64,000 bases of DNA from an uncultured Actinomycetes bacterium (GCA_963767005.1 CAVYCN010000003.1:160001-224000), one strand, 5' to 3'. Positions 25,261-34,735 are shown, numbered from the stretch's first letter. A program made the numbers and translations. The notes: generated from the letters alone by a model not told the origin.

Positions 25261-26509
25261 AGACGCTCCCCTTCGGCCCACCCCCTTCCGCGAGCCGACC
25301 GTCGAGCAGACCGCGGCCGACGGCGTCGCACAGCCCTGCGGCAAGTCCGCAGCGCGCCGCCACCGAGTCGAGGAGGATGTATTCGTCGGCGGAGTGGTCG
25401 AGGCCGCCCACCGGCCCGAGGCCGTCGAGGGTGGGCACGCCGTCGGCCGACGTCCAGCAGCCGTCCGAGACGCCGCCGCTCGTCTGGCCGCCAACGGCGA
25501 AGCCCAGGCGCGCCGCCAGCCGGTCGGCGGCGGCGAACAGCGCGGCGGTGCCGGGGTTGGGCTCGATGCCGGGCCAGGGTCCCTCGACCATGACGTCGAC
25601 CGCGACCCCGTCGTCGTGCGCCGTGTCGGCGATCCGCTCGAGCGCCCAGCCCAGGTCGCCGCTCGAGGGCGCGCGCACGTCGAGCACCGCCTCGGCGTGC
25701 TCGGGCACCACGTTGGCGATGGTGCCGCCGGCGAAGGTGCCGGCGATCACCGTCAGGCCCGGCCGGCCGCCGTTCAGGCCGTCGCTGCGCAGCACACAGC
25801 GACACAGCGCGAGCACGGCGTTGCGGCCGAGCTCGGGCTCGGTGCCGGCGTGCGCCGGCCGGCCGGTGGCCGACAGGTGCACCCAGGCGCCGGCCTTGCG
25901 GCCCACGACCACGTCGCCGTTCTCCCTGCCGCACTCGAACACGAGCGTGGCGGCCGCCCCGTGCACGTGGGGCAGCGCCGGCAGCATGCCGGTGCGTATC
26001 TCTTCGTCGGGGGCGCTGTGCAGCTCGAGCGTCGCGAAGGGCCGTTCGCCCGCCGCGAGCGCCTCGAGCGCCAGCAGCGCGAGCAGGAGGCCGCCCTTCA
26101 TGTCGGCGACGCCGGGGCCGAAGGCGCGCCCGCCGGCGTGCGCGAACGGGCGCGCCGCCGCCGTGCCGCGGGCGAACACGGTGTCGTGGTGGCCGAGCAG
26201 CACGATGCGCCGGGCGCCGGCCCCGGGCAGGCGCGCCACCAGATGGCCGCCGCCCGGCGTGGGCACGACCTCGCAGGAGCAGCCGGCCGCGGCCGCCCAC
26301 TCGGCGAGCAGCTCGGCCACGCGCTCGCGGCCCGCGGGGCAGTCGTCGCCCGAGTCGATGTCGACGAGCGTCGCCAGCCGCTCGAGGTAGACCGGCCGGC
26401 GGCGCGCCGCGAGCTCACGCGCGGCCACCGCCGCCGCGACGCTCGCCGAGAGGTCGGGCGGGCCGAGCACCGCCGCTCGCAGCTGCGCGCTGTTCTCAGG
26501 TGATGCCAT
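25259..26509 (-). CDS. M20 metallopeptidase, glutamate carboxypeptidase (CPG2)-like
   Basis: LGHHDTVF, GPGVADMKGG, DEE, GRPAHAG, DHSADEY. Confidence 0.9.
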   Translation of the reverse strand: MASPENSAQLRAAVLGPPDLSASVAAAVAARELAARRRPVYLERLATLVDIDSGDDCPAGRERVAELLAEWAAAAGCSCEVVPTPGGGHLVARLPGAGARRIVLLGHHDTVFARGTAAARPFAHAGGRAFGPGVADMKGGLLLALLALEALAAGERPFATLELHSAPDEEIRTGMLPALPHVHGAAATLVFECGRENGDVVVGRKAGAWVHLSATGRPAHAGTEPELGRNAVLALCRCVLRSDGLNGGRPGLTVIAGTFAGGTIANVVPEHAEAVLDVRAPSSGDLGWALERIADTAHDDGVAVDVMVEGPWPGIEPNPGTAALFAAADRLAARLGFAVGGQTSGGVSDGCWTSADGVPTLDGLGPVGGLDHSADEYILLDSVAARCGLAAGLCDAVGRGLLDGRLAEGGGPKGSV

Positions 26510-27692
26510 GCAGCCGCCTGCAGTTGTCGGCGAGGATGCCGGCGCCGATGCGGCGCGCCTCGCCCGTGGTCAGGTGGTCGCGCGCGACGGCGCGCGAGAG
26601 CACCCGTTCGAGAGCCTCACGGGTGAGGCGCGCCGAGACCCAGAAGACCTCGGGCTCGGAGGCCTCGTCGGAGCCGTAGAGCAGCTTGCCGGTGGGCGCC
26701 ACACCGAGCATGATCTCGAGCTCGCGGTCGGCCGCGAGCGAGGCCCACGGCAGGAACTCGGACAGGTCGAGGTACACGAACGGCAGGATCGAGGCGATGT
26801 AGGCGGCCTCGGCCAGCCACGGCCAGCCGGAGTGGATCAGCACGATCGGCTGGTCCATGTGGTCGTGCAGGAGCGGGAAGATGTCCTGGGGCCGCACGTG
26901 GGCGAGCACGATGTCGGGGTCGCCGCCGCCGCAGTGGACGTGCATGACGCGGTCGTGGCGGCGCGCCGCGCGCAGCGCGGCGCGCAGCAGGTAGTCCCGC
27001 ACGGTCTTGCCGGGCCCGCGGTCCTTCGTCCAGCCGGCGGCTCGCCAGGCGTCGTAGGCGGCGGCGGCCTCGGCCGTCGTCGGGTCGCCGACGTCGAGCC
27101 CGGTACGGTAGGCGATCACCGACTTGTAGCCGACCGTGAGCGAGTCGGCGGCGGCCTCGTCGAGACGCGCGTCGAAGGCCGCCTCGAAATCGGCGAAGGC
27201 GAGCTCGCGACCCTGCAGGTCGACGATCCAGGGTTCGATGCGGGCCACGCGGTAGACCGGCACGCCCAGGCTATCCTGGAACTCGGCGCGCGTGACCGTG
27301 GGCTGCGGATAGCCGTCGTCGCCGATCACCGCCGTGATGCCGGCGTCGGTCATGAGGCCGTGAACATAGCCCGCCGGGTCGGCGGCGAGCGCCGTGCGAC
27401 GCGCCGCGGTCAGCGCGTCGTGCTCGGCCGCGACGCCGAGGTAGGCGGCCAGCCAGCGCCGCGCCGTGAGCGCGAACACCGTGCCGTCGCGCAGGGCGAC
27501 GACCTGGGCGGCGATGCGCGCGTCGCTCTGGCCCGACGAAGCGAAGCAGGTGCCCATGATGGTCAGGCGGTCCTCCCAGCCCGCGGCGTCGCGCGCGAGC
27601 AGATCGCTCGTGCGAAAACCGTGGCAGTGGTCGTCGACCACGGCGCAGCCGATCAGATCGATCATCCCGTCGCGCATGCGTGTGTCGGTCAC
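26496..27692 (-). CDS. Amidohydrolase family protein (FluG/NodGS N-domain-like)
   Basis: DDHCH, KSVIAYRTGL, HVHCGGGD, YLDLS, KLLYGSD. Confidence 0.88.
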   Translation of the reverse strand: MTDTRMRDGMIDLIGCAVVDDHCHGFRTSDLLARDAAGWEDRLTIMGTCFASSGQSDARIAAQVVALRDGTVFALTARRWLAAYLGVAAEHDALTAARRTALAADPAGYVHGLMTDAGITAVIGDDGYPQPTVTRAEFQDSLGVPVYRVARIEPWIVDLQGRELAFADFEAAFDARLDEAAADSLTVGYKSVIAYRTGLDVGDPTTAEAAAAYDAWRAAGWTKDRGPGKTVRDYLLRAALRAARRHDRVMHVHCGGGDPDIVLAHVRPQDIFPLLHDHMDQPIVLIHSGWPWLAEAAYIASILPFVYLDLSEFLPWASLAADRELEIMLGVAPTGKLLYGSDEASEPEVFWVSARLTREALERVLSRAVARDHLTTGEARRIGAGILADNCRRLHGIT

Positions 27693-27701
27693 GATCGCCT
27701 C

Positions 27702-29075
27702 CTAGAAGCGCCAGAGCTGTTCGGCGATGAGCTCTTCGAGCGGGCGTCCGGCGTCGGCTTCGGCCTCGGCGCGACGCACGGCGATCATGGCGTCGCAGAG
27801 CACGTCGCCCAGCGCGCTACGCAGCACGTCCGACGCGGCGAGCGCCGCCGCCGCCTCGTCGAGGCTCGACGGCAGTTGCCGCACGGCGGCGGCGGCGCGC
27901 TCTCGGGCGTTCATGTCGTGGGGGTCGAGGGACACCGCCGCGGGCAGCCGCAGGCCGCGGCTCACGCCGTCGAGACCGGCGGCGATCAGGCCGCCGACCA
28001 GCAGGTAGGGATGGCCGCTGCCGTCGACGGCCTTGAACTCCATGTTCGCCGCCCGGCCGCGCGCGGCGGCCGCCCCGGGGATGAAGCGCAGAGCGGCTTC
28101 GCGGTTCTGGGCGCCCCAGCAGGCGTAAGCGCCGGCCCAGTTCTGCGGCCGCAGACGCTCGTAGGAGGGCGTCGTCGCGCAGGCCAGGGCGGTGAGCGCC
28201 GGCAGCTCGGCGAGCACGCCGGCGAGGAACGACTCACCCTCGATGGTGAGGCCGGCCGGCCCGTCGCCGCCCGAGAAGAGGTTCTCGCCGGTCGCGTTCA
28301 AGAGACTGAAGTGCAGGTGGCAGCCGTTGCCGAGGCCGCTGGGCAGCACGACCGGCGAGAACGAGCAGCGGTAGCCGTGCCGGACGGCGACCGTGCGCAC
28401 GGTGTGGCGCAGCAGCACGTGCTGGTCGGCGGCGCGCACGGGGTCGACCGGCTCGGTCGAGACCTCCATCTGGCCGAACGAGTACTCGGGGTGGAAGCAC
28501 TCGACCTCGATGCCCTGCGCGGCGAGTGCGTCGAGCAGTTCGAGCGCGAAGGGGTGCAGCAGCGCCCAGGCGTTGGCGCTGTAGCCCGGGCCGTGGTGGC
28601 AGGGCACCGGCTCCTCGCTGGCGGCGTCGCCGGCGAACCACTCGAACTCGAACGTCATCCGGGGGCGCAGGCCGCGCGCCGCCGCCTGCGTCACCATGCG
28701 CTTGGCGAAGCTGCGCTCGCACCAGGGCGCCACGCTGCCGTCGTCGAGGCACTGGTCGAGAGCCACCCAGGCCCACTCCGGCGTGGCGGCAAGCCGCACG
28801 AGCGAGTCGAGGTCGGCCACCATGCGCATGTCGCCGCTCGGGCCGCCGAGGGCGTCGGTCGTCGCGAAGTGGTCGTTGGTGAGCGCCGTGGCCCAGCAGT
28901 ACGAGAAGCCGATCCCGCTCGTCGCGAGGCTCTGGAGCTTGCCGAGGGGCACCGACTTCAGCCGGTTGATCGAGCCCGTGTCGACGATCGACCCGTTCAC
29001 GTAGCGCACCCCGGCCCGGCGCAGCTCGTCGATCGTGGTGGACAGCTCGACCTCGGTGCTCAAGGCTCGGGCCAC
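27702..29075 (-). CDS. Glutamine-synthetase-like gamma-glutamyl ligase (FluG C-domain/PuuA-like)
   Basis: FEFEW, HPEYSFGQME, GNGCHLHFSL, NREAALR, NMEFKAVDGSGHPYL; AAGGGAG RBS plus GTG. Confidence 0.9.
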   Translation of the reverse strand: MARALSTEVELSTTIDELRRAGVRYVNGSIVDTGSINRLKSVPLGKLQSLATSGIGFSYCWATALTNDHFATTDALGGPSGDMRMVADLDSLVRLAATPEWAWVALDQCLDDGSVAPWCERSFAKRMVTQAAARGLRPRMTFEFEWFAGDAASEEPVPCHHGPGYSANAWALLHPFALELLDALAAQGIEVECFHPEYSFGQMEVSTEPVDPVRAADQHVLLRHTVRTVAVRHGYRCSFSPVVLPSGLGNGCHLHFSLLNATGENLFSGGDGPAGLTIEGESFLAGVLAELPALTALACATTPSYERLRPQNWAGAYACWGAQNREAALRFIPGAAAARGRAANMEFKAVDGSGHPYLLVGGLIAAGLDGVSRGLRLPAAVSLDPHDMNARERAAAAVRQLPSSLDEAAAALAASDVLRSALGDVLCDAMIAVRRAEAEADAGRPLEELIAEQLWRF

Positions 29076-30040
29076 GATGTCTCCCTTCGTGTCGTTACGG
29101 TCGTCCGGCGCCCGCTTTGGCGCTTCCCTGCGTGCGCGTCGCGGGGCCAAGCGCCGTCGAAACCCAGCTCGCGCTCGCCCCAGGTCGTGCCCTCACGCAG
29201 CCGCTCGAGCTCGCGCATGCGCGGCCGCGCGCGGTCGCCGATCTTCACGGCAAGACCGGCCACCACCGCCTCGACCAAGCCCATGGCCGGCACGAGCGAG
29301 TCGAACGGCGAGGGCGCGACGACGGTCGATGTGAGCACGTGACGGGCGACGTCGGCGATCGGCGAGAGCCAGGGGTCGGTGAACAGGATGACGGTGGCGC
29401 CACGTCGCGCCGCGCGGCGCGCGAACTCGATCGTCGAGTTCTGGTAGCGGCGGTAGTCGAAGGCGACCACCACCGTGCGTTTCGTCACGTCGATGAGCTC
29501 GTCGAAGCGCGGCGTGGGCGATGCGGCCACATAACGGCAGCCGCTGCGCATCATGGCGAGATGCGCAGTCAGGTAGAAGCTCAGGATCTGGCTGAAACGC
29601 CCGCCGGTGAGCAGGACCGGCCGGTGCTCGTCGGCGAGCACGTCGATCACGGCCTCGAACTCGGACGGCGGCACGCCGGCCATCGTCTTCTGGAGCTCGC
29701 CGACGAAGGTCGACAGGCTCGTCGACAGCACCTCTTCGTCGGGCTCGAGCGGCCGCCGTTCGAGCAGCTCGAGCGACGAGGTCAGCTTCTGCTGGATCTC
29801 CTCGCGCAGCGCCTCCTGGAAGGCCGGGTAGCCCTCGAAACCGAGACGGTTGACGAAGCGCATGACGGTCGGGCCGCTGACCTCGGCGCGGGCGGCGAGC
29901 TGGGCGAGCGTCTCGAGGCCGGCGATGGGATAGTGGGCGAGGAGCGCGCGCGCCACCCGGCGCTCGGCCACGGTCAGCTGTCCCATGCTGTCGTGGACCA
30001 GGCCCTGAAGGGTGTCGCGACCGTAGGTCACCTCGTCCAA
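29060..30040 (-). CDS. MurR/RpiR family transcriptional regulator
   Basis: HTH LAARAEVSGPTVMRFVNRLGFEGY plus SIS domain (FDYRRY, TDPWLSP). Confidence 0.93.
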   Translation of the reverse strand: MDEVTYGRDTLQGLVHDSMGQLTVAERRVARALLAHYPIAGLETLAQLAARAEVSGPTVMRFVNRLGFEGYPAFQEALREEIQQKLTSSLELLERRPLEPDEEVLSTSLSTFVGELQKTMAGVPPSEFEAVIDVLADEHRPVLLTGGRFSQILSFYLTAHLAMMRSGCRYVAASPTPRFDELIDVTKRTVVVAFDYRRYQNSTIEFARRAARRGATVILFTDPWLSPIADVARHVLTSTVVAPSPFDSLVPAMGLVEAVVAGLAVKIGDRARPRMRELERLREGTTWGERELGFDGAWPRDAHAGKRQSGRRTTVTTRRETSWPEP

Positions 30041-30042
30041 GT

Positions 30043-30080
30043 TAGAAACGGATGCTAGAAACTCACCGGACTCACGTCAA
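30043..30080 (-). promoter_or_regulatory. Promoter of the rpiR-GS-amidohydrolase-M20-APC unit with overlapping direct repeats
   Basis: TTGACG-N17-TAGCAT; GTTTCTA occurs twice around the -10 box. Confidence 0.7.
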
Positions 30081-30156
30081 TAGGTAACAAGGATTAGCGC
30101 ACTCATGGACGCAGGGTTCCCGGCGGGCCGGCGTATGTACCACAGCGGTCGCCGGC

Positions 30157-31140
30157 CTACGCCCCGGCGAACTCCGCGGTCAGGCCGCCCTTGCTGCCGT
30201 CGGCGGGGCACTGCGCCATGAACGAGCGGGCGATGTCGATGCGCTTCATGAAGACGACGTCGTCGAACTGCTGGGCCCACTCGATGAAACGCGCGAGACC
30301 GTCGGCGCGCGCCGGGTTGCCGCTGATACGCGGGTGGCAGCCGATCGACATCATGCGGCCGCAGTCGTCGCCGTCGGCGCGCAGCCGGTTCACCGTGGCC
30401 TTGGCGATCTCGATGAAGTGCTCCGGGCTGCCGAAGCCCTGAGCGAGCAGGTAGCGGCAGTCGTTCACGACCAGCGAGTACGGCACCACGAGGTGGTCCT
30501 TGCCGAGGATCCTGGACCAGTAGGGCAGGTCGTCGTTGTAGCAGTCCGAGTCGTAGACGAAGCCGCCCTCCTCGACCACGAGCTCGCGCGTGTTCACGCT
30601 CATCTCACGGCAGTACCAGCCGAGCGGCCGGCTGCCGGTGAGCTTCGTGATCGAAGCGACGGCCTGCCTGATGGCCTCGCGCTCTTCGTCGCGGGTCATC
30701 TCGAAGTGGTTGCTCCAGCGCAGGCCGTGACCGACCGCCTCGTCGCCGCGGGCGGCGAGGCGCGCCGCCACCGCCGGGTTGCGCTCGAGAGCCACGGCGG
30801 CGGCGAAGATTGTGGCCGGGATACCGGCCTCCCCGAACACGCGGAAGAGTCGCCAGATGCCGGCCCGCGAGCCGTACTCGTACATCGACTCGATGGCGAG
30901 GTCGCGGGTGCCCTCCTGCTTGAAGGGGAACTCGTAGAGGATGTCGTTGTCCTGGTCGCCCATGGCGAAGGTCTTCTCGGAGCCCTCCTCCTCGTTGACC
31001 ACGACGTTGATGGCGACCTTGGCTTCGTTGTCCCAGCGCACCACCGGCGGCTTCTCGCCGTAACCGACGAGCTCGCGGGCGGGGCCCTCTACCCCGGCGA
31101 TGTCGGTGCGCATGAAGAACTGCTGGTTGAGCTGATCCAC
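30157..31140 (-). CDS. Polysaccharide-deacetylase fold protein, PuuE allantoinase-like
   Basis: NVVVNEEEGSE, ESMYEYGSRAGIWR, HGLRW, YDSDCYNDDLPYW, MMSIGCHPRI. Confidence 0.9.
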   Translation of the reverse strand: MDQLNQQFFMRTDIAGVEGPARELVGYGEKPPVVRWDNEAKVAINVVVNEEEGSEKTFAMGDQDNDILYEFPFKQEGTRDLAIESMYEYGSRAGIWRLFRVFGEAGIPATIFAAAVALERNPAVAARLAARGDEAVGHGLRWSNHFEMTRDEEREAIRQAVASITKLTGSRPLGWYCREMSVNTRELVVEEGGFVYDSDCYNDDLPYWSRILGKDHLVVPYSLVVNDCRYLLAQGFGSPEHFIEIAKATVNRLRADGDDCGRMMSIGCHPRISGNPARADGLARFIEWAQQFDDVVFMKRIDIARSFMAQCPADGSKGGLTAEFAGA

Positions 31141-31254
31141 CCTGACCTCCTGATCACGTCGTGTCGGGGACGCGGCCGCCGGCGGCCTGACTTTCGAGGA
31201 AGAGCCGCGGCTTGTCGAGGCCCTCCTCGGTGCGGTCGACCGGCCGGCCGTCGG

Positions 31255-32544
31255 CTAAGCGACGGGCGCCCCGGTCTCATGCAGCAGACTCGCCGCCCGC
31301 ACCCCGACGCCCGCCCTCACGAGCTGCTCGGCGGTGCGGTTCACGGCGTCGTGCTTGTCGAGGTAGTTACCCTCGAGCGCCGGCATGATCCCGTCGGCCA
31401 GCGCCGCCTCGCGGGCGACGAAGTAGTCGAAGATGTCGCTCGGATGGTCGCGGCCGACCTCGACCGCGGGCTCGCCGCCCTCGTGCTTCGCTGAGATGTT
31501 CGGCACGCTCGCCGCGGCCCGTACGACATCGTCGCGCCGGTCGTAGGGCTGGCGCACGATCGAGCGGTACGCCTCGGTCACGTGGTGCTCGAAGCGAACG
31601 GCGTCGGTCAGGCCGAGCGCGGCCCGCGCCGCCGACGACGCCTCGATGGTGGCGACGTCGGCCGAGTTCGACAGGTTGAGGCCGGCGAGGCTGGTCGAGC
31701 CGTCGTCGGCGGCCAGCAGCCGCGCGCCCATGAGCAGCCACAGCATCGCGTAAGGGTTGTCGACGCCCATGAACACCGAGATCTTGAACTCGTTCTCGAC
31801 CCCGAGCTTGCGCAGCAGCAGGCCGACGAGGACCGTGCCGAGGTTGACGTTGAGCACCTGGCGGATGCCGTAGCCGGTGAGGTAGTGCAGGTACTCGTCG
31901 GCCCACTTGAGCGGGTAGTCGTTGGGCTCGCCGATGCCGCCGAAGTAGCCGGTGATGGTGTCGGGTCCGCCGAGCATGACGTTGCTGCCGTCGATGCCGC
32001 GCGTGTCGAGGGTCTCGACGTGCGAGGCCCCCACGATCTGCATGGCGGCCGCCACGGCCAGCAGGTCGCCGTCGGGGCCGGCCTGCTCGGCCATGGCGCG
32101 CACACGGATGAAGCGGCCGGGCATGAGCTCGCGGCGCTCGATCGCCCGGCGCGCCTCGGTCATGAGCCACGGGAAGTACTGCAGCGCGCTGATCTCGAGG
32201 GTCACCGCCCGGTCTTCGTCGGGCGGTGCATCGGCGGCTCCGCCCAGGACGCGGCGGCGGTACTCGGCCAGCGACACGAACGCGCCGCGGTCGCGCTGCT
32301 CGGTGAGCCAGGCCAGGTCGTCGAGGTAAGGCGACCCCTCGGCCCGCAGGCGCTCGAGCCGTGTCTCGAGGCGGCCGTTCTCGGCCGCCGCCCGGTTGAT
32401 GGCCGCCACGCCCCCGTACCTGTCGACCAGGTCGAGCAGAGCGTCGACGAGCGGGTTGTCGTCGGCGGTCAGGGCGGCGTTCACGGCGGCGACGTCGGCC
32501 GGCGCGAGCGCGAGCCTGCGACGCAGTACGGATCGGCCCGTCAT
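31255..32544 (-). CDS. Hypothetical enzyme-like protein (429 aa)
   Basis: GGAGGAGG RBS; strong GC3 codon bias; motif-like blocks TLEISALQYFPW, GYFGGIG, KISVFMG, EHHVTE, AKHEGG; no family recognised. Confidence 0.85.
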   Translation of the reverse strand: MTGRSVLRRRLALAPADVAAVNAALTADDNPLVDALLDLVDRYGGVAAINRAAAENGRLETRLERLRAEGSPYLDDLAWLTEQRDRGAFVSLAEYRRRVLGGAADAPPDEDRAVTLEISALQYFPWLMTEARRAIERRELMPGRFIRVRAMAEQAGPDGDLLAVAAAMQIVGASHVETLDTRGIDGSNVMLGGPDTITGYFGGIGEPNDYPLKWADEYLHYLTGYGIRQVLNVNLGTVLVGLLLRKLGVENEFKISVFMGVDNPYAMLWLLMGARLLAADDGSTSLAGLNLSNSADVATIEASSAARAALGLTDAVRFEHHVTEAYRSIVRQPYDRRDDVVRAAASVPNISAKHEGGEPAVEVGRDHPSDIFDYFVAREAALADGIMPALEGNYLDKHDAVNRTAEQLVRAGVGVRAASLLHETGAPVA

Positions 32545-32640
32545 GGCCCCTCCTCCCGGCCCCGCCTGGTCGACGGCCGGTGCCGCACCGGCCGGACGCC
32601 GGGCCGGGGTCGTTGCGATGGCACGTGCAGTCCGCGACAC

Positions 32641-32674
32641 ACACTAGGACCTCGCGTTCTGCCCGTCAACAGAA
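32641..32674 (-). promoter_or_regulatory. Promoter with a palindromic operator over the -35 box
   Basis: TTGACG-N17-TAGTGT; TTCTG-N8-CAGAA inverted repeat encloses the -35. Confidence 0.65.
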
Positions 32675-32869
32675 TCGCCGAACATCGTGCGGTCGACGAG
32701 CATAGAAGCAGAACTTGGCGTATCGCCAGCGACGCCGGGGCGGGGCGGGGACGGCGCCGGAGACGGGGCCGCGAACTTCGAATGCCGGGCACACGAGAGG
32801 CCAGCGCTTGTCACGAGAGACGGCGGCGCCCGCCGGCCACTGGCCGGCGGGCGCCGCCGCACGAGAAGG

Positions 32870-33565
32870 TCAGCCGATCAGCGCGAAGACGCGGCAGGGC
32901 GTGGCCGAGCCGCCGACGAGCGGCAGCGCGCCCGTCACGAGCAGGGCGCCGGTGGGCGGCACCTCGCTCAAGTTGACGAGGCCCTCGAGGTTCCAGACGC
33001 CGTTCACGAGCGTCGCGTGGCGGTGCACCGAGAAGCCGGCGTCGTTGCCCGGGTCGATGCCGAGCGTGTCGATGCCGATGCCCACGACGCCGCGCTGCTC
33101 GACGAGCAGCCGCGCCGCCTCTTCGCCCACCCCTGGGAAGTGCAGGTCGCCCTCGGGACCCATGTACCGCTCACGGTCGTCGCCGAGCACGTCCCAGCCG
33201 GTGTGGATCAGGGCGGCCGCGCCCTGCGGCACCGCGCCGTGCGCGGCCTCGAAACGCGCCACGTCGTCGAGGGTGACGGTGTAATCGGGCTTGCCGGCGC
33301 AGCGGTCGGCCACCTCGATCACGACGGCCGGGCAGACCAGGCCGGCGAGCGGCAGGTTCTCGATCGTGGTGGCGCCGCTGATGAAGTGGGCCGGCGCGTC
33401 GATGTGCGTGCCGGTGTGCTCCCAGATGTGCAGAAGGCGGGCGAAGAAACCGTTCTCCTCGACGGTCACCCTGGTCTCGAAGCTGGGCGCCGGCGTGCCG
33501 GGCCACATGGCGACGTCGGGGTCGATCGGACGGGTGAGGTCGACGACGCGGTCAACGGAGATCAT
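32870..33565 (-). CDS. Cyclase family metal-dependent hydrolase (kynurenine formamidase-like)
   Basis: HTGTHIDAPAH, GIGIDTLGID, EGLVNL. Confidence 0.92.
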   Translation of the reverse strand: MISVDRVVDLTRPIDPDVAMWPGTPAPSFETRVTVEENGFFARLLHIWEHTGTHIDAPAHFISGATTIENLPLAGLVCPAVVIEVADRCAGKPDYTVTLDDVARFEAAHGAVPQGAAALIHTGWDVLGDDRERYMGPEGDLHFPGVGEEAARLLVEQRGVVGIGIDTLGIDPGNDAGFSVHRHATLVNGVWNLEGLVNLSEVPPTGALLVTGALPLVGGSATPCRVFALIG

Positions 33566-33628
33566 GGCGCCCCCTGACGTGTGCATTTTCGGTTCGTCCC
33601 TGTGAGCCGCGCGTAGCAGCCGAGGCGC

Positions 33629-33657
33629 AACGTACCGCCGCCGGCAGTCGGCGTCAA
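33629..33657 (-). promoter_or_regulatory. Promoter of the cyclase gene
   Basis: TTGACG-N17-TACGTT. Confidence 0.55.
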
Positions 33658-33724
33658 CGACAGTCGCCAGGCGCGCTACGAAGTCACGCCGGCCTGAACG
33701 GCGACGACGCGGCCGGTCGTCGCC

Positions 33725-34735
33725 CTAGGCCATCACCTCGATGCCCTTCTCGGCGGGGCGGTCCTGGGGCTCGAGCTGAACGATACGGGTGAGCGCCTCG
33801 ATCGCGACCTCGATCTGGTCGACGCTCGGCGGCTTGGTCGTCATCCACTGCAGCGCGAGGCCCGGGGCCATGACGGCACGCACCACGGGGTTGGTCTCGT
33901 AGCGCCCGGCGATGCGGATGATCTCATAGGAGACGCCGGCGATGAGCGGCACGAGCACGACGCGCGACAGGATGAGCAGGTACCACACCGGCCAGCGCAC
34001 GAGGGCGAAGACCAGGATCGACACGACCATCACGACGAGCAGGAACGAGGTGCCGCAGCGCACGTGCAGCGTCTTGTACTTCTCGACGTTGGCGACCGTC
34101 AGCGGATCGCCGTGCTCGAGGGCGTGGATCGACTTGTGCTCAGCGCCGTGGTACTCGAACACGCGGCGCAGGTCGCGAAACTGCGTGATGACGAGCAGAT
34201 AGACGACGAAGATGGTCACACGCACGAGGCCCTCGACCAGCCAGAAGACGATGCCCGAGCCGAGCTGTGCCCGGAACAGCCGCGTGATGCCGAGCGGCGC
34301 CAAGAAGAAGACGAGGACGGCGAAGGCGAGCGCGATGAACAGGGTGACGCCGATCTCGCGGCCGGAGAGCTCCTGGCCCTCCTCGCCGAGCGACTGGTTG
34401 GCCGAGATGGTGAGGGCGCGGACGCCGACGACGAGCGACTCGACGAGGGCGGTCACGCCGCGCAGCACGGGCAGCTTCAGCACGGGGTAGCGCTTCATGT
34501 ACGAGACGAGCGGCCACGACTCGAGGTAGATCGACGAGTCGGGGCGACGCACGGCCACCGACCAGTTGTCGACGCCGCGCATCATGACCCCCTCCATCAC
34601 CGCCTGGCCACCGATCGCCGCGCGGCGGGCCGCGACGGCCGGCAGCATGAGCGCACGCAGGAGGCGGTGGGTCGTCCTACGGCGGACGGGGCGCGTGCCA
34701 TGCGCCTCGCGGCCGGGCACGCGCGCGGCGTTCAC
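33725..34735 (-). CDS. DUF1385 (YqhQ-like) membrane protein; start is 34735 (GTG) or 34648 (ATG)
   Basis: IGGQAVMEGVMMR, FEYHGAEHK, HVRCGTSF. Confidence 0.92.
   Translation of the reverse strand: MNAARVPGREAHGTRPVRRRTTHRLLRALMLPAVAARRAAIGGQAVMEGVMMRGVDNWSVAVRRPDSSIYLESWPLVSYMKRYPVLKLPVLRGVTALVESLVVGVRALTISANQSLGEEGQELSGREIGVTLFIALAFAVLVFFLAPLGITRLFRAQLGSGIVFWLVEGLVRVTIFVVYLLVITQFRDLRRVFEYHGAEHKSIHALEHGDPLTVANVEKYKTLHVRCGTSFLLVVMVVSILVFALVRWPVWYLLILSRVVLVPLIAGVSYEIIRIAGRYETNPVVRAVMAPGLALQWMTTKPPSVDQIEVAIEALTRIVQLEPQDRPAEKGIEVMA

Noticed and set aside
23075-29342. Very long plus-strand ORFs (1142 aa, 944 aa) and similar antisense or alternate-frame ORFs throughout the window
   Set aside because: They are shadows of real minus-strand genes in high-GC DNA, with Arg/Ala/Gly/Pro-rich translations and no family motifs.
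32619-32636. Sigma54-like TGGCACG
   Set aside because: No GC at the -12 position, and the orientation is wrong for the adjacent gene.
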